Source: Bacteroidales bacterium
Lineage (GTDB): Bacteria > Bacteroidota > Bacteroidia > Bacteroidales > WCHB1-69
Direction of reading: 5' to 3'
DNA: 39,482 nt
Assembly (NCBI GenBank): GCA_012518765.1
Contig: JAAYRN010000179.1
Location: forward strand, 1-39,482
Part shown: in pieces, positions 38,342 through 39,482 of the stretch
Layout: the number at the start of each line of letters is the position of its first letter
How positions within the stretch are numbered: the stretch's first letter is position 1
Notes under the pieces: model-generated
Database searches by the model: none
What the model was told of the DNA's origin: nothing
What the model saw: only the letters and a program-made list of their open reading frames with translations
Translations under genes and position numbers: made by a program

Positions 38342-39457
38342 TTATGTATGAATTATGTTTGAAAATTCATCGCGACTTACATAAGCTGTTGATTGTATAT
38401 CTTTCCCTATCAGCAAGCTGTTTTTTAAATACTCTTTATTCATCATGCGTTGTCCCCACAATAAAATTTTATCTATCGTTGGGGTAGCAACTCCTACATT
38501 TTCGGCTATGGATTTTAAAATTACTAAACCATAGGGAAAATCCTCGGTAAAATAACGATTATTAAAATCGGGTATAAATGTATTATCTTTTTGTATCATA
38601 GGAGCTTTTAATCCTTTAAACGCCTTGATTGAGCGTATTTTTCGAGTTAGCGAAGGCGGATCAAAACTTTCGTAATACTCCAAAATAGGAGGAATAATAT
38701 GGTTTCTAATAGGTAGTTTCTCAACTATTTGCTGAAATTCATTGTCGCATTGTATGAGCAAATCCGAGGATTCATCGTCCCATTCTTCGTAAAACAAAAA
38801 ATGTTTTGTATAGGTTTGCTTACGGTCGTAATCTTTAAACAAACTATACAATCTGGCTGGGTGTAAAATGGGGTTACTATTAGATAAAGTTACTTCCCAA
38901 AAATTTCTATATTTCTCTATAGGAGTTTGAAACGCAGACTCTAACAATGTTAAAAACTCTGTTTCTTGATTTATATTTTTCGTGGCTAATTGTAATTTAT
39001 TTTTATAGCCCAACAAAAAAGCCGATTTCCCATACTCATTCACACGAGCGATAAAAGGCACTCGTAAAAAACCAAACAAGCCCACATTTGACGGAAGAAT
39101 TTTAAAGGCTTGTAGAAAAAAACCCGTACTCGAGACTACGGTTCCCACACGGTGTGAGGAAGTTAAATAAGGTTTGATTTTTGTCAATGTTTCTTCCATC
39201 ATAAAACCGGGCAAACAAAACAATACTACATCGCTTTGGGGTATTACATCCTGAGGGTCAGAAGATATTTTATGTAATGTTGCTTTTATAGTCTTGTTAT
39301 TACAATCTAAAACTTGTATTTCTTTGTTCCACAGTTCAGGCTTCCCAGTTAATACATTAACCTCATACTGTTGATTTTCGCCAACAATTCCAGCGATTGT
39401 ATGTCCCAATCCACCTCCTCCGCAAATACAAAGACGCATTTTTTTATTTTCCATCAT
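38342..39457 (-). CDS. NAD(P)-dependent octopine/nopaline (opine) dehydrogenase-family protein
   Basis: 371 aa. N-terminal Rossmann motif CICGGGGLGHT. The C-terminal RYFTEDFPYGLVILKSIAENVGVATPTIDKIL matches the Octopine_DH helical-domain signature as I recall it. Confidence 0.6.
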   Translation of the reverse strand: MMENKKMRLCICGGGGLGHTIAGIVGENQQYEVNVLTGKPELWNKEIQVLDCNNKTIKATLHKISSDPQDVIPQSDVVLFCLPGFMMEETLTKIKPYLTSSHRVGTVVSSTGFFLQAFKILPSNVGLFGFLRVPFIARVNEYGKSAFLLGYKNKLQLATKNINQETEFLTLLESAFQTPIEKYRNFWEVTLSNSNPILHPARLYSLFKDYDRKQTYTKHFLFYEEWDDESSDLLIQCDNEFQQIVEKLPIRNHIIPPILEYYESFDPPSLTRKIRSIKAFKGLKAPMIQKDNTFIPDFNNRYFTEDFPYGLVILKSIAENVGVATPTIDKILLWGQRMMNKEYLKNSLLIGKDIQSTAYVSRDEFSNIIHT

Positions 39458-39482
39458 TTATTTTATTGTAATTTTTTAAATG

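Larger units (their letters stand above)
28302..39457 (-). other. surface polysaccharide (capsule/O-antigen-type) biosynthesis locus in two minus-strand blocks (39457..32202 and 30747..28302), split by a plus-strand insert
   Basis: Eleven sugar-modifying, transferase or polymerase genes, most with overlapping or near-abutting start/stop codons. No flippase or export genes lie inside the window. Confidence 0.8.

Overview
AT-rich window (about one-third G+C by eye) that looks like a Bacteroidota (Bacteroidia-type) chromosome. Supporting signs are recurrent TAnnTTTG -7 promoter boxes, many lipoprotein signal peptides, a PorQ-like type IX secretion gene and almost no Shine-Dalgarno sites. The first ~28 kb is mostly housekeeping: thiC, rpsT, pheT, a transketolase C-terminal subunit, rsmE, ppdK, carboxy(nor)spermidine dehydrogenase, trxB, an AddB-like nuclease and an S9 peptidase. 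Small accessory units of unknown function are interspersed. These are a DUF2156 + Eis-like GNAT pair, an insulated orphan gene, an outer-membrane-protein + lipoprotein pair behind a long intergenic region with a G9 tract, and a two-lipoprotein operon. The left edge carries a decayed IS5-type transposase remnant. From ~28.3 kb to the right edge lies a minus-strand surface-polysaccharide locus. It encodes a PglC/WcfS-like initiating transferase, a DegT/WcfR-like aminotransferase, an IspD/TarI-like cytidylyltransferase, two GT2 enzymes, an EpsG/Wzy-like polymerase, a GT-B transferase, wecB, LicD and an opine-dehydrogenase-family enzyme. A plus-strand lipoprotein gene interrupted by one in-frame TAG splits this locus in two. 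I saw no rRNA, tRNA, CRISPR array, or recognisable defence or toxin-antitoxin module. No single feature is compelling as a novel system. The best candidates are the DUF2156/GNAT pair, the G9-tract region with its OMP/lipoprotein operon, and the LicD + opine-dehydrogenase-like + cytidylyltransferase module. All functional calls come from motif recognition by eye, with no database searches.
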